Shown in pieces: positions 9,159 through 18,659 of a stretch of 35,622 nt of DNA. The notes under the pieces were generated by a model, which saw only the letters and a list, made by a program, of their open reading frames with translations, was not told the origin of the DNA and made no database searches. The position numbers were made by a program, and so were the translations under genes. How positions within the stretch are numbered: position 1 is the first letter of the stretch; each line of letters starts with the position of its first letter. Source of the DNA: Actinomycetota bacterium (lineage in GTDB: Bacteria; Actinomycetota; Humimicrobiia; Humimicrobiales; Humimicrobiaceae); contig SOKC01000123.1 of NCBI GenBank assembly GCA_004376325.1, positions 1 through 35,622 of the forward strand, in the 5' to 3' direction.

Positions 9159-10235
9159 ATGAATTTAGAAAGTCAAAATAAGAAATCAAAAAAAAGGTGG
9201 CTTATACTTAGAATCATAAATATTGTAGTTGTGGTGGGCCTTGGGGTATTTCTTGTTTACTATTTGTTAAATCAGATTGATATAGAAGATATTAAAAGTG
9301 CTTTTATTAATATTTATACACCTTCTCTTATAATTGGTTTAATTCTTATATTCTCAATTGATTTTTTTAGAGCCTATAGGGCAAAAATTTTAATAGGGTC
9401 TGGCAGAATCAGAATGGTTGATATGTTTTTGGTTTCCCTTATACGAAATGGCTTTAACATGGTTCTGCCTGCAAGGACAGGAGAACTATCCTATATTTAT
9501 GTTCTTAAAAGAAAATTTAAATTTCCTGTAGAGATTGGTATTTCAACGCTGATGATTGCACTTGTTTTTGATTTGATCATTGTTTTTTCAATGATTGTCA
9601 TTTCTATAATTATTGTGGGTATAAATAAATATGCTGTTTCTTCTACCAGTGTTATTTTAATTGCTGTAGCACTTCTTATTTCCTCTTTGCTGGTCTTATT
9701 TTATCTGTCAAAATTTGTAGGACTTTTTATTAAAATATTTGATAGAATTTTGTCAAAATATAGAGTAAGTAAAAGTAAAGTTATTCAAAATATATATAAA
9801 AAATTAGTTGAGACCAATAAAAATATTGAATTAATTAAAAAAAGGGGAATATACTGGAAAGTATATTTAATCTCAGTACCTTCTCGAATTTTAAAATATG
9901 CAGCTTATTATTTTTTGATTCATGCAGTACTTAAGCCTATGGGCTTTGGTTTTAATGATCTTTCCTACTGGGTTATTATACTGGCTACAGCAGCGGCAGA
10001 AATATCTGCTGTTCTGCCTACCCATTCCCTTGCGGGCCTGGGTACCTATCAAGGGGTATTTGCTCTTGCATTTATAATGTTAGGTTTTGGTAAAGAGATA
10101 TCTATTATAGTTGGGTTTAGCTACCATATTATAAATTTGATTTTTACTATAGCATGGTGCCTTATAGCAATGGTTATATTAAGCTTACCTGTCTATAGAA
10201 TAAAGGAACAAAAATATCAGGAAAGTGGAAAGTAA
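9159..10235 (+). CDS. LPG-synthase TM (UPF0104) flippase-like membrane protein
   Basis: About 8 TM segments; NMVLPARTGEL and LP...AGLGTYQ motifs; no MprF synthase domain. Confidence 0.8.
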   Translation: MNLESQNKKSKKRWLILRIINIVVVVGLGVFLVYYLLNQIDIEDIKSAFINIYTPSLIIGLILIFSIDFFRAYRAKILIGSGRIRMVDMFLVSLIRNGFNMVLPARTGELSYIYVLKRKFKFPVEIGISTLMIALVFDLIIVFSMIVISIIIVGINKYAVSSTSVILIAVALLISSLLVLFYLSKFVGLFIKIFDRILSKYRVSKSKVIQNIYKKLVETNKNIELIKKRGIYWKVYLISVPSRILKYAAYYFLIHAVLKPMGFGFNDLSYWVIILATAAAEISAVLPTHSLAGLGTYQGVFALAFIMLGFGKEISIIVGFSYHIINLIFTIAWCLIAMVILSLPVYRIKEQKYQESGK

Positions 10236-10241
10236 GATTTT

Positions 10242-11087
10242 ATGAAAATATTAATCACCGGAAGCAAGGGGCAGTTGGGCATTGAACTGATAGATATCGC
10301 TCCCCAGGAGCATAAGATTTTCGGGTATGATCTTGATATGGATATTACTGACAGGTTTGCTATTGAAAGCAGGTTTTCGAAAGTTAAGCCTGACCTGGTT
10401 ATTCATTGTGCTGCCTTTACCGATGTGGATGGATGTGAAGGCTTTAGGGACAAAGCTTTTTTGGTAAATAGCACAGGTACGGAAAATTTAGCAAAAGTTG
10501 CAAGAAAATATGACTGCGAATTTGTTTATATAAGCACAGATTATGTTTTTAATGGAAAGAAAGATATGCCTTATGTTGAGGAAGATATACCAGATCCTGT
10601 AAGCATATATGGAAAATCAAAGCTTGCTGGAGAGGAGGCAGTAACTAATATACTTGAAAAATTTTATATTTTAAGAACAACCGGGATTTACAGCAGGTAC
10701 GGCAAAAATTTTGTAGAAACAATAATAAGAGCTTCAAAAAATTGCAGAGAGCTTGAAGTAGTAGATGACCAGGTATGTACGCCAACCTATAGCCTGGATG
10801 TTGCTGAATGCATATATAAACTTATAGAAACTGGAATGTACGGCATCTATCATGCCACCAATGATGGACAATGTTCATGGTACCAGTTTACAAAAGAAAT
10901 CTTTAAAATCCTGGGTAAAAGGGTGACTGTAATTCCTGTTAAAAGTGGTAGATTGGGAGGAAGAGCTTCGAGGCCTTCTTATTCAGTGCTTGCTAACTTA
11001 AAACTTGAAAAAAATAAAATATATTTCATGAGACACTGGAAAGAGGCTTTAAAAGGTTTTTTAGAGAGTTGCAGGATAAATGGATAA
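10242..11087 (+). CDS. rfbD: dTDP-4-dehydrorhamnose reductase
   Basis: ITGSKGQLG, HCAAFTDVDGCE, STDYVFNG, YGKSK, VVDDQ..TPT and RP.YSVL motifs. Confidence 0.92.
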   Translation: MKILITGSKGQLGIELIDIAPQEHKIFGYDLDMDITDRFAIESRFSKVKPDLVIHCAAFTDVDGCEGFRDKAFLVNSTGTENLAKVARKYDCEFVYISTDYVFNGKKDMPYVEEDIPDPVSIYGKSKLAGEEAVTNILEKFYILRTTGIYSRYGKNFVETIIRASKNCRELEVVDDQVCTPTYSLDVAECIYKLIETGMYGIYHATNDGQCSWYQFTKEIFKILGKRVTVIPVKSGRLGGRASRPSYSVLANLKLEKNKIYFMRHWKEALKGFLESCRING

Positions 11088-11090
11088 ACA

Positions 11091-12059
11091 ATGAATAAAA
11101 AAATAGGAAATATTATAAGAATTGTAGTAAGTCTTTCCCTTCTTTCATTTTTAATTTACAGGAATAAAGATAACTTTGAAAGCATTATAGATAAATTAAA
11201 GGATCTTAATGTAACTTTTTTGGTTATAGCTGTGCTTCTCTATACTTTAGCTTTAGCCTGTATACCATTGAGGTGGGGAATACTGCTTAAAGCTCATAAT
11301 TATTATATTTCAGGTAGTTTCCTGCTGCAGTCTGCATTTATTGGCTTTTTTTATAATAATCTGCTTCCAACGAGTATAGGCGGAGATTTTTATCGTGTAT
11401 ATGATCTTTATAAAAATAAGAATGTACCCATCAATGAAAACATTTCTGCTGTGGTTATGGAAAGAGTCATTGGCAACATAACCGGTATAACTTATTTTAT
11501 ATTTTCTTTTGCTTTTGGTATATTTGGATATCTAACCAGGGGGACTAAAATAGGGCTGGCAATTTCGCTTTTTGTTATTTTATTTTTTTTTACCCTGCTT
11601 TTCAGGCCAAGGCTGTTTAAAATACATGTCCTGCTTGCAAGATATAGAATCTTTTCTAAAATAAGGCCTAAGCTAAAGTCTTTTCACCAAATTCTTGTAA
11701 GTTACAGGTATAAGATTAAACACCTGTCTATAAGTTTTTTTTATAGTTTACTGCTGCAATTAATCTTTATGACCAGTCATTATTTTGTTTCACTGTCCCT
11801 GGGACTTGACCTTAAATTTTATATGTTCATTTTTGCAGTGCCTTTTGCTTCTTTAGCTGCGAGTATTCCTATTTCTATTGGTGGTATTGGAATAAGAGAG
11901 AATGCAATTGTTTTTGCAGTGATGAGTTTTGGTGTGGTGGAAAGTCAGGCAACTCTATTTTCTTTTATTATTTTATTTATTATTTTATTTAATGGACTGC
12001 TTGGAGGGATTGTATATTTATTTAAAAATATTTTTTACAGATCCAGAGGTATAATTTAA
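11091..12059 (+). CDS. LPG-synthase TM flippase-like membrane protein
   Basis: RW..LL, NNLLPTSIGGDFYR, ER and PISIGGIGIRE motifs. Confidence 0.85.
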   Translation: MNKKIGNIIRIVVSLSLLSFLIYRNKDNFESIIDKLKDLNVTFLVIAVLLYTLALACIPLRWGILLKAHNYYISGSFLLQSAFIGFFYNNLLPTSIGGDFYRVYDLYKNKNVPINENISAVVMERVIGNITGITYFIFSFAFGIFGYLTRGTKIGLAISLFVILFFFTLLFRPRLFKIHVLLARYRIFSKIRPKLKSFHQILVSYRYKIKHLSISFFYSLLLQLIFMTSHYFVSLSLGLDLKFYMFIFAVPFASLAASIPISIGGIGIRENAIVFAVMSFGVVESQATLFSFIILFIILFNGLLGGIVYLFKNIFYRSRGII

Positions 12060-12078
12060 TTGTTTGGAAGTTATAACC

Positions 12079-12954
12079 ATGAAGAAAAATAGAGGAAAAA
12101 TTCTTTCTACTATAATATTATTTATTATTATTGTTTTACCTGTAATTACTGCTAATTCCTGCAATTCTTCTATAGAATCAGAAAAACAATTAAAGGAAGA
12201 GGAATCACAATATCCCACATCAAATAATTACCAGGGCCTTAGGACAGAAACAAAGAATATAAATTTAGAGGAATTGGTTGATAACTACCCCAGGATAGTT
12301 TGTTTTGGAGATTCAGTTACCTTTGGATGGAATGTAGATTATAAGGATTCTTATCCTAATATATTGGAAAAACTATTACAGAAGGATTATCCAAAGGTAA
12401 AGGTTATTAACAGTGGTATTGGCGGAGACACAGTAATAGATGCTTATAATCGATTAGAAAGTGATGTTATTAGTTTTGAACCTCATTTAGTTATAATTAA
12501 TCTTGGACTAAATGATGGCTGGATCCAGGAGGTGGTTGAAGATGGAAACGGTGGTGAAGTTGAAGAGCCTTCAGATAATGAAAATAAAGAGATAGGTTTA
12601 AACACCAATGTTGATCTTGAAACTTTTAAGAAATATTATTGCGACATCATAGAGATAATAGAGTTAGCAGATATTAAAATCATTTTAATGGGAATAAACC
12701 CGGTTCTCGGTGATCCTTCTCTTGTAAATGATAATATCGCAGGAGGGCAGATAGAAATTTATAAAATGTATAATGAGCAAGTTAGAGAAATAGGTTTAGA
12801 TAGTAATCTGGTCTATTTAGATTTATGGAGTATCTTTAACCAGGATTATAAAGCTCATGATTATTTGCAGAATGATGGCATTCATCCTGATGAGAATGGG
12901 TTAGAACTAATAGCAAAAAGTATATATGATGCTTTAAAAATATGTGATTTTTAA
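12079..12954 (+). CDS. Exported or membrane-anchored SGNH/GDSL hydrolase-family protein
   Basis: Blocks GDSVT, GIGGD, GLND and DGIHP; N-terminal basic plus hydrophobic signal ending ANSC. The ATG at 12079 is preferred over the TTG at 12064. Confidence 0.85.
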   Translation: MKKNRGKILSTIILFIIIVLPVITANSCNSSIESEKQLKEEESQYPTSNNYQGLRTETKNINLEELVDNYPRIVCFGDSVTFGWNVDYKDSYPNILEKLLQKDYPKVKVINSGIGGDTVIDAYNRLESDVISFEPHLVIINLGLNDGWIQEVVEDGNGGEVEEPSDNENKEIGLNTNVDLETFKKYYCDIIEIIELADIKIILMGINPVLGDPSLVNDNIAGGQIEIYKMYNEQVREIGLDSNLVYLDLWSIFNQDYKAHDYLQNDGIHPDENGLELIAKSIYDALKICDF

Positions 12955-13092
12955 TAAATAGTTAAAGTTAAGTTTAGAAGAAAATATAATTTATTTTGTT
13001 TTAATTATAAAAATTTTTATGGTGATTGTATTAATTTTGAATTAAAATCTATAATATTTAGAATATAAGGTAACACAAAAGACGAGAATGCT

Positions 13093-14412
13093 ATGAGGGT
13101 TAAATCATTTTTTAGAAGTATTGGTAAAGTAATAGTAACCAAAGAAATTTTTGAGAATAAAAACTTATTAAGACTTCTTTATAAATATTTTCTTGTTGGT
13201 ATGCTTATTAGATTAATTCTTCTGCCATTTTTTTTCCAAAGAGATTTGTTATCAACTTATCAAAGAGCAGCACAGACTGTTTTTGGAGGTAATTTAGGTT
13301 CTGACTTTCAGCAGTTTATAATCAATTCTATTCATTCAATTTATTTATTTATAATAAAATCTATTTTACCAATAGTTGGTGAATATTCTGAAATACTACT
13401 TCAAACTGATACCTGGTCTTCCTGGGTTAATTTTATTAGTAGTGAAAATGTCTTCATAGTTATATCTCTATTTAAGGTACTATACCTTATATTTGATATT
13501 TTATGCATGTTCCTGGTTATGCGGCTTTTATTTGACGATGAACCGGAAAAGAAGCTAAAAGTTTTCAAACTTTGGGTTTTAAATCCTTTTGTGATATTCA
13601 TACTTTATATATTCGCAAGGCATGATATTATAGGGATTTTTTTAACTCTTGTTGCTCTACTTCTGGCAAAGTATAAAAGGAAGTACTGGGCAATTTTTGT
13701 TCTGGCTCTTGCTGTAGCGGCCAGGTTTTTCCCTATGATGATTCTTCCTATTTTAATTTTTTACCTGGCAGATAAGAAGAAAGATTATATTATTTTATTT
13801 TCAGCGGGTATCTCAGGTCTTATTGCAGTTGAGATATTCTCATACTTTTATTTTGGAAGAAGTGTAATATTTTCGCTTATTAATACACAACACTTTAATT
13901 ACATACTTTCTTCTAAATTAGAACTGGTAATTCATGATAGAATATTTATATTTATTGCAGTGTATATAATAATTATTCTAAGCTATTTGCATATCAGGAA
14001 AAAAACATTTGATATATTTTTAAATTATTGTGCCATTATTTACTTGATGTATGTAAGTATATGCTATTTTCATCCTCAATATCTTTTGTGGGTTGTGCCT
14101 TTCTTGATTTTAATTTTTGTTAGAAAAAAAGTACTTTACAGGTATCACTGGGTTCAATTTGCTTTACTTATGGTTATATTAATATATTGGGGAGATCTTG
14201 TAACAAAATTTGTTCTAGCCCCAATAGACCCAAAATACTTTATTTATTTAACAGGTCCTATACCAATTATAAATAGATTTTATAGTCCTTCCAAGTTTGT
14301 AAATATATTTAGAAGTGTTTTTACTGGAGTATCATTATGGATGATATATTTAATATACAAGGAGAATAAAAATATTTCGTTAGAAAACTCTATAAATAAT
14401 AATAAAAAATAG
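13093..14412 (+). CDS. GT-C fold membrane glycosyltransferase (GT87/PIG-M-like)
   Basis: Polytopic; Asp in the first loop (QRDL), K...LIFD, W.LNPF, ARHDI and FHPQYLLW motifs. Confidence 0.65.
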   Translation: MRVKSFFRSIGKVIVTKEIFENKNLLRLLYKYFLVGMLIRLILLPFFFQRDLLSTYQRAAQTVFGGNLGSDFQQFIINSIHSIYLFIIKSILPIVGEYSEILLQTDTWSSWVNFISSENVFIVISLFKVLYLIFDILCMFLVMRLLFDDEPEKKLKVFKLWVLNPFVIFILYIFARHDIIGIFLTLVALLLAKYKRKYWAIFVLALAVAARFFPMMILPILIFYLADKKKDYIILFSAGISGLIAVEIFSYFYFGRSVIFSLINTQHFNYILSSKLELVIHDRIFIFIAVYIIIILSYLHIRKKTFDIFLNYCAIIYLMYVSICYFHPQYLLWVVPFLILIFVRKKVLYRYHWVQFALLMVILIYWGDLVTKFVLAPIDPKYFIYLTGPIPIINRFYSPSKFVNIFRSVFTGVSLWMIYLIYKENKNISLENSINNNKK

Positions 14413-14428
14413 CTTAGAAAAAAGTAAT

Positions 14429-15148
14429 ATGAATATAAGTATTAAAGTTTTAAAACTAATCCTATTTAGTCTATTGATATTTCTAATTTTAGTAATTGGT
14501 ACTGGGTGCAACGGAATATTTTTTATTCCAGGGGCTAGTTATGGATATTACATATGGGAGGATAGTGAAGATAATATTCATATTGCCTGGAGCATAGATA
14601 GAAAAGAATCAGTTTTTAGTGGGTGGATTGCTACAGATGGTAAAATTAATGAATATAATTTATTGGGGTGGGAGGAAAATGATAGTATAAAATTATCTGA
14701 AGATTCTAGCAGGATTGAATTTAATGCTTCACTTGACGAAAATGATTATTCGGATGAAATTATTCTTGTTATAGATAATTATAGCTATTTAGAGTTTGAT
14801 CTAAGAATAAATGATGGATATGATCTTTCCAGAATTAATATTGGAGAATTTATAAATAGTCCTAAAGATAATATTTTTAGGATAGAAAAAGGTTACTTTA
14901 ACCAATTAAATAAAAAACCGTGGTATCAGAAACATCCATTATCCGGACTGTTTTATAAGCTTTCAGCCAACATCATTTTCAGCTTAGTCTATATATTCAT
15001 ATTAGGAGTAATAATTATTGAAATACTTAGAGTAACTGTGATAAGAAGAAGTAGCAGATACTGGTGGTATATTGTTATTTCATATTGTGTTTTGATTTTG
15101 ATAGATTCAGGAGTATATTTGTTTTTAACAAAATTAAGTTTTATTTGA
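14429..15148 (+). CDS. Hypothetical membrane protein, possible lipoprotein, with an extracytoplasmic beta-rich domain and two C-terminal TM helices
   Basis: Signal ending VIGTGC, acidic and aromatic-rich middle region, two hydrophobic C-terminal segments; follows the GT-C gene after 16 nt. Confidence 0.6.
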   Translation: MNISIKVLKLILFSLLIFLILVIGTGCNGIFFIPGASYGYYIWEDSEDNIHIAWSIDRKESVFSGWIATDGKINEYNLLGWEENDSIKLSEDSSRIEFNASLDENDYSDEIILVIDNYSYLEFDLRINDGYDLSRINIGEFINSPKDNIFRIEKGYFNQLNKKPWYQKHPLSGLFYKLSANIIFSLVYIFILGVIIIEILRVTVIRRSSRYWWYIVISYCVLILIDSGVYLFLTKLSFI

Positions 15149-15199
15149 ACAAATTCACAAAGATAATATTAACAACATCATCTCTTGCTTGAATTAGCT

Positions 15200-16774
15200 T
15201 TATTGTTGTTGATTATAATTTTTTATTTCTGTTACATCAAAAAAGTTATAAGGCTGCCAGTATGGTGAATAATAACATTTATCTTCCAGTAATTCATAAT
15301 CTCCATCAAAATAAATATTAAAAATTAATCTAAAAGTATTAACAGGAGTTATAGAATCATATAAAAGATTGCTACCATTTTGTGGTAAGTAGTATGCATT
15401 TAATATGAATGTACTTTCTCTAAGCATTTCAGCAGTTGGGTAAAGCCATCCAATATTAGCAGGATCTTCCCTATCGCCATGAGGGTCGCCAAGTGTTAAC
15501 CGTGCACCATGATCTCCCTGAAGTACTATAATTGGAGGGACTTCTGATTTTGATAAAATTTCTTCAATAAGAATTTTAAGCTTACTATTTACAAAAATTA
15601 ACTGATTCAAGTATTTTTCCTTATCCCAATATGCGGCTAATTTATATTCAGCTTCAGGAATAAGTTCACCATTAGCACCAAAGAAAAATGGAGGATGAGG
15701 AGTCATTATGTGTGCGAAAATATATTTTGGTCCCTCTATTTGGTGTACTTTGGCAAGATTTGAGAAAGAATATAGCACCTTTTGTATGCCAGAATCAACA
15801 ATAATATATTTCTCAAATGGTTTTAACATGGTTGTTTGAATTAGTAATATATTAAATTCATTAAACCTATTAACTCGAATGCTTATATCTGCATTTCTGT
15901 TTCTATCTGTGGGACCCCAGCCTGAACTATCAAAGTGGACAAACTGATATCCTTTTGAATGTAAAAATTTCCAAACATTACTATTTGTAATCATCTGGTA
16001 AGGTATTGTCCTATCATCAGATTCTAATCCTACCTTATCACTTAGATAATTAATATATTCCATATTAAGTGATGATGCTAAGGATGAGGTAGTCCATGGA
16101 TAATTACACCGGCTTTTAGAAGCTACATAGAAACCTTTTTCAGTTAAAAAATTGATAAATTCATGATTATCATAATCATAAAATTCTTCCAGAGAACTTT
16201 CCCCAGCGTAACCATCAAGAATTATATAATAGATATCTGGTAATTCAGTCAGGCTTTCGGATATAACAGCTTCTCCATCTTGTAATACTATACTGCTGTC
16301 TTCTTGTATATCTCTTGTTTTAAACTTATAGAATCCAATATTTACCAGAGAAAATAAAACCAGGACAACAGCTATCACGTTTAAAATATTACTAAAGTTA
16401 CGTAAATTTTTTTTTGTCCTTATAGTAAAATAAGTACCTAAAATAAATAATATAAGCCAGACAACCAGTAAGTATCTATGCCCGCCAATTACAAAATTAC
16501 CTATTTTAAAACCCTTTATTTGCTCATAAATACGACCGTAAGAAAAAAATAAAAATAAAAATATAGATACAATGATTCCTGCTTTTCTACTATCTTTTTT
16601 AAGGATTAACCATAACAAACCTACAGCAATGATAGTGAAACCTAATATAATAGCTATTGGTATTAAAATTTCAGATAATGAGACTATTGAAAGTTTTCCA
16701 ATATTATAAGAGTAAAGAAATAAAATAGGAAATATAGCAAATAAAAATGGATGAATAATAAATGTTTTTTTCAT
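15200..16774 (-). CDS. Membrane-anchored alkaline-phosphatase-superfamily (LtaS/sulfatase-like) protein, probable phospho-substituent transferase
   Basis: About 5 N-terminal TMs, then PDIYYIILDGY, NYPWTTSSL (Thr at the nucleophile position, no CxPxR), H..TPHPPF and QGDHG. Confidence 0.75.
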   Translation of the reverse strand: MKKTFIIHPFLFAIFPILFLYSYNIGKLSIVSLSEILIPIAIILGFTIIAVGLLWLILKKDSRKAGIIVSIFLFLFFSYGRIYEQIKGFKIGNFVIGGHRYLLVVWLILFILGTYFTIRTKKNLRNFSNILNVIAVVLVLFSLVNIGFYKFKTRDIQEDSSIVLQDGEAVISESLTELPDIYYIILDGYAGESSLEEFYDYDNHEFINFLTEKGFYVASKSRCNYPWTTSSLASSLNMEYINYLSDKVGLESDDRTIPYQMITNSNVWKFLHSKGYQFVHFDSSGWGPTDRNRNADISIRVNRFNEFNILLIQTTMLKPFEKYIIVDSGIQKVLYSFSNLAKVHQIEGPKYIFAHIMTPHPPFFFGANGELIPEAEYKLAAYWDKEKYLNQLIFVNSKLKILIEEILSKSEVPPIIVLQGDHGARLTLGDPHGDREDPANIGWLYPTAEMLRESTFILNAYYLPQNGSNLLYDSITPVNTFRLIFNIYFDGDYELLEDKCYYSPYWQPYNFFDVTEIKNYNQQQ

Positions 16775-16780
16775 AATATT

Positions 16781-18172
16781 TTAATTCTCTTTCTTCTTCA
16801 TTAAATACATGGTTCTTTTAGAATCCTTAATATTCTCAGCATTTTTTATAGTAAAATATTTTTTAAATTCAATCTCAAAGTTTTGCTGTGTATAATCAGG
16901 AAAAATATCTTCTCTTGTTGACAGGAGTCTTTGAACCTGAGAGTCGTCTTTGGGGACAAATTCAATGATGAGTGATTTACAGATTGAATTGAAGAAATTT
17001 GCGATTTTACCAATTGGAAGGTTATTAGAAATGGCTAAATGATGAATTAAAGCAAGAGCGAAAGCTGTGTCTGTTGGTCCACGTTCAATAAGAGACATTC
17101 TCTCCTGATTTTCCCAGCCAATAGCAGGACTTGGGTTAGTTAAGTCAAGCAGTAATGGGATAATATTAGTTTCACCCTTTTTAACGCTTCTGAGGTAATT
17201 TTTTTCAACTGCAGCAGGATCGATGTCAAAAGAGATTGTATGTATTCTCCTGTTGCTGGCAATACGACTAAACAAACCATCATTTGCACCGAGATCCCAA
17301 ACAGTTTCTGGATTAATCATATCCAAAAATTTAGCTACAATCTCCTTTTTATGATCAATTGCTGCTGGAGAATAGTTAGTATCTTCATAATAATCAGCCC
17401 ATTCAGTTCCTTTAGCTTTCCAATACATTTTACGGGTAGCAGATTCTAAGCTGTCTATAAGACCCATGAAAGACAGGCGGCTTATTTTATGTCCACCTAT
17501 TTTTACTGCTTTGTCAGCATAGTGTTTTTGGCTTTTGGCGTGAAGATGAATATGAGAAAGCAGTGAAGCCTTAAAACTGGTACTTGATGGAAGAAGAGAA
17601 CTTGCCAGATCTAAGGGTATTCCATCTATAAAAATTCTAAATAATTGATTTAGTCGAATATCTTTATAGCTCATTAGTGCCAGGGGTGCAAGAAAATGCT
17701 GACATACCTGTCTGTATGCAATCCAGGATTGTCCTGGATGATATTTCTCGAAAGAAAGTGTATCAATAAAGGTTGGCCTGCCTTTTCTGAATTGTATATT
17801 ATAAGCGCTACAATCTTTTAAAGTCATTTCAAAGTCCATTGCTATTTTCTGGATCTTAAAAGTGGCTAGTGCTGCATCCTTTAGTTGACTGAAGCACCAT
17901 TCATAAGGATATGATATAAATGGTATGGGCTCAGGTTTTATTATTTTATATGCTTTATCAGGTTCTAAACCATCAATATCAATTTCTTTATGAGGAATAA
18001 GCAAATTTGTATCCACAAGAGTCTTATAAAGACCGGATTCCATAAGATGGTCATAATTTTCTTTATATATGGTATTTATCTGACGGTAAATCGAACCATC
18101 TTTATAAAAAAGAAATCCGCACGGATCCCTAAATGAGCTTGGTTCATTAACACTAGTTTTTATCTTGTCCAT
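16781..18172 (-). CDS. NoeA-like protein: N-terminal kinase-like region plus C-terminal class I SAM methyltransferase
   Basis: SFRDP, LKDCSAYNIQF and FIDTLSF, then VWDLGANDGLFS, SFDID and LALIHHL. Start placed at ATG 18172 behind an AGGAG SD (463 aa). Confidence 0.75.
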   Translation of the reverse strand: MDKIKTSVNEPSSFRDPCGFLFYKDGSIYRQINTIYKENYDHLMESGLYKTLVDTNLLIPHKEIDIDGLEPDKAYKIIKPEPIPFISYPYEWCFSQLKDAALATFKIQKIAMDFEMTLKDCSAYNIQFRKGRPTFIDTLSFEKYHPGQSWIAYRQVCQHFLAPLALMSYKDIRLNQLFRIFIDGIPLDLASSLLPSSTSFKASLLSHIHLHAKSQKHYADKAVKIGGHKISRLSFMGLIDSLESATRKMYWKAKGTEWADYYEDTNYSPAAIDHKKEIVAKFLDMINPETVWDLGANDGLFSRIASNRRIHTISFDIDPAAVEKNYLRSVKKGETNIIPLLLDLTNPSPAIGWENQERMSLIERGPTDTAFALALIHHLAISNNLPIGKIANFFNSICKSLIIEFVPKDDSQVQRLLSTREDIFPDYTQQNFEIEFKKYFTIKNAENIKDSKRTMYLMKKKEN

Positions 18173-18389
18173 CTTCTTTACTCCTGGAAGGTAATCTCTT
18201 AAAGAAACCATAAATCCTGCGCCAGAATATCTTAATTCCAAATGCTCCTCCTACTGCAATAGCTATGATTATCTGAATCATATAACTACCGGTTCCGGCA
18301 TCAAGGTATGCGTAAAGCATGTTAGGAGTTATAAGATAAAAAAAGGTTATGAAACCAAGAGCAGTTAAAAAGGTTTTAAAATATTTCAT
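18153..18389 (-). CDS. Small membrane protein with YLDAGTGS (YLDPGTGS-type) motif
   Basis: 78 aa: signal-peptide-like segment ending LYA, then YLDAGTGS, one TM helix and a basic tail. GGAG SD present; overlaps the next gene by 20 nt. Confidence 0.8.
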   Translation of the reverse strand: MKYFKTFLTALGFITFFYLITPNMLYAYLDAGTGSYMIQIIIAIAVGGAFGIKIFWRRIYGFFKRLPSRSKEDGQDKN

Positions 18390-18415
18390 AGAAACTCCAT
18401 TTCTTGAATAAATAA

Positions 18416-18424
18416 ATTATAACA
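18416..18424 (-). promoter_or_regulatory. Extended -10 promoter (TGTTATAAT) for the three-gene operon
   Basis: Reverse complement of attataaca, 26 nt upstream of the ATG at 18389. Confidence 0.5.
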
Positions 18425-18562
18425 AATAAGTGCATGAAAGCCCTTTTACTTAATTTGTTTTATGTATTTTCACTGTATTGTCGCTTTAGTAATATAATAG
18501 TATAAATAATAAAAGACTACTCTAAATAATTAATTTAACAGAGTAGATTTTATTAGGCATAT

Positions 18563-18571
18563 ATTATAGCA
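18563..18571 (-). promoter_or_regulatory. Second extended -10 element (TGCTATAAT)
   Basis: Reverse complement of attatagca, in the same orientation as the element at 18416. Confidence 0.35.
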
Positions 18572-18659
18572 AAAATATTTTTATATTAAATTAGTTTTTT
18601 GCTTAATAAAATTCGTTTTTATATAATAGGTTAAATATTTTTTAAAGTAAATGAAGTAA

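Noticed and set aside
3052-16415. A/T homopolymers of 8-9 nt in coding regions (e.g. 3052-3060, 8999-9007, 16407-16415) as phase-variation switches
   Set aside because: All genes are in frame, the tracts encode Lys runs, and such runs are expected at this AT content.
15200-16774. Calling this gene a true sulfatase matured by the radical SAM enzyme
   Set aside because: No (C/S)xPxR formylglycine motif; Thr occupies the nucleophile position, and the radical SAM protein lacks the full Cys-rich SPASM of anSME.
18173-18241. 23-codon N-terminal extension of the methyltransferase given in the ORF track
   Set aside because: It lies inside the small upstream gene, and the ATG at 18172 has a good AGGAG SD.
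18153-18389. Small peptide as a RiPP precursor for the radical SAM/SPASM enzyme
   Set aside because: It has membrane-protein architecture and lies 13 kb away in another operon; no RRE domain, peptidase or peptide exporter was seen.
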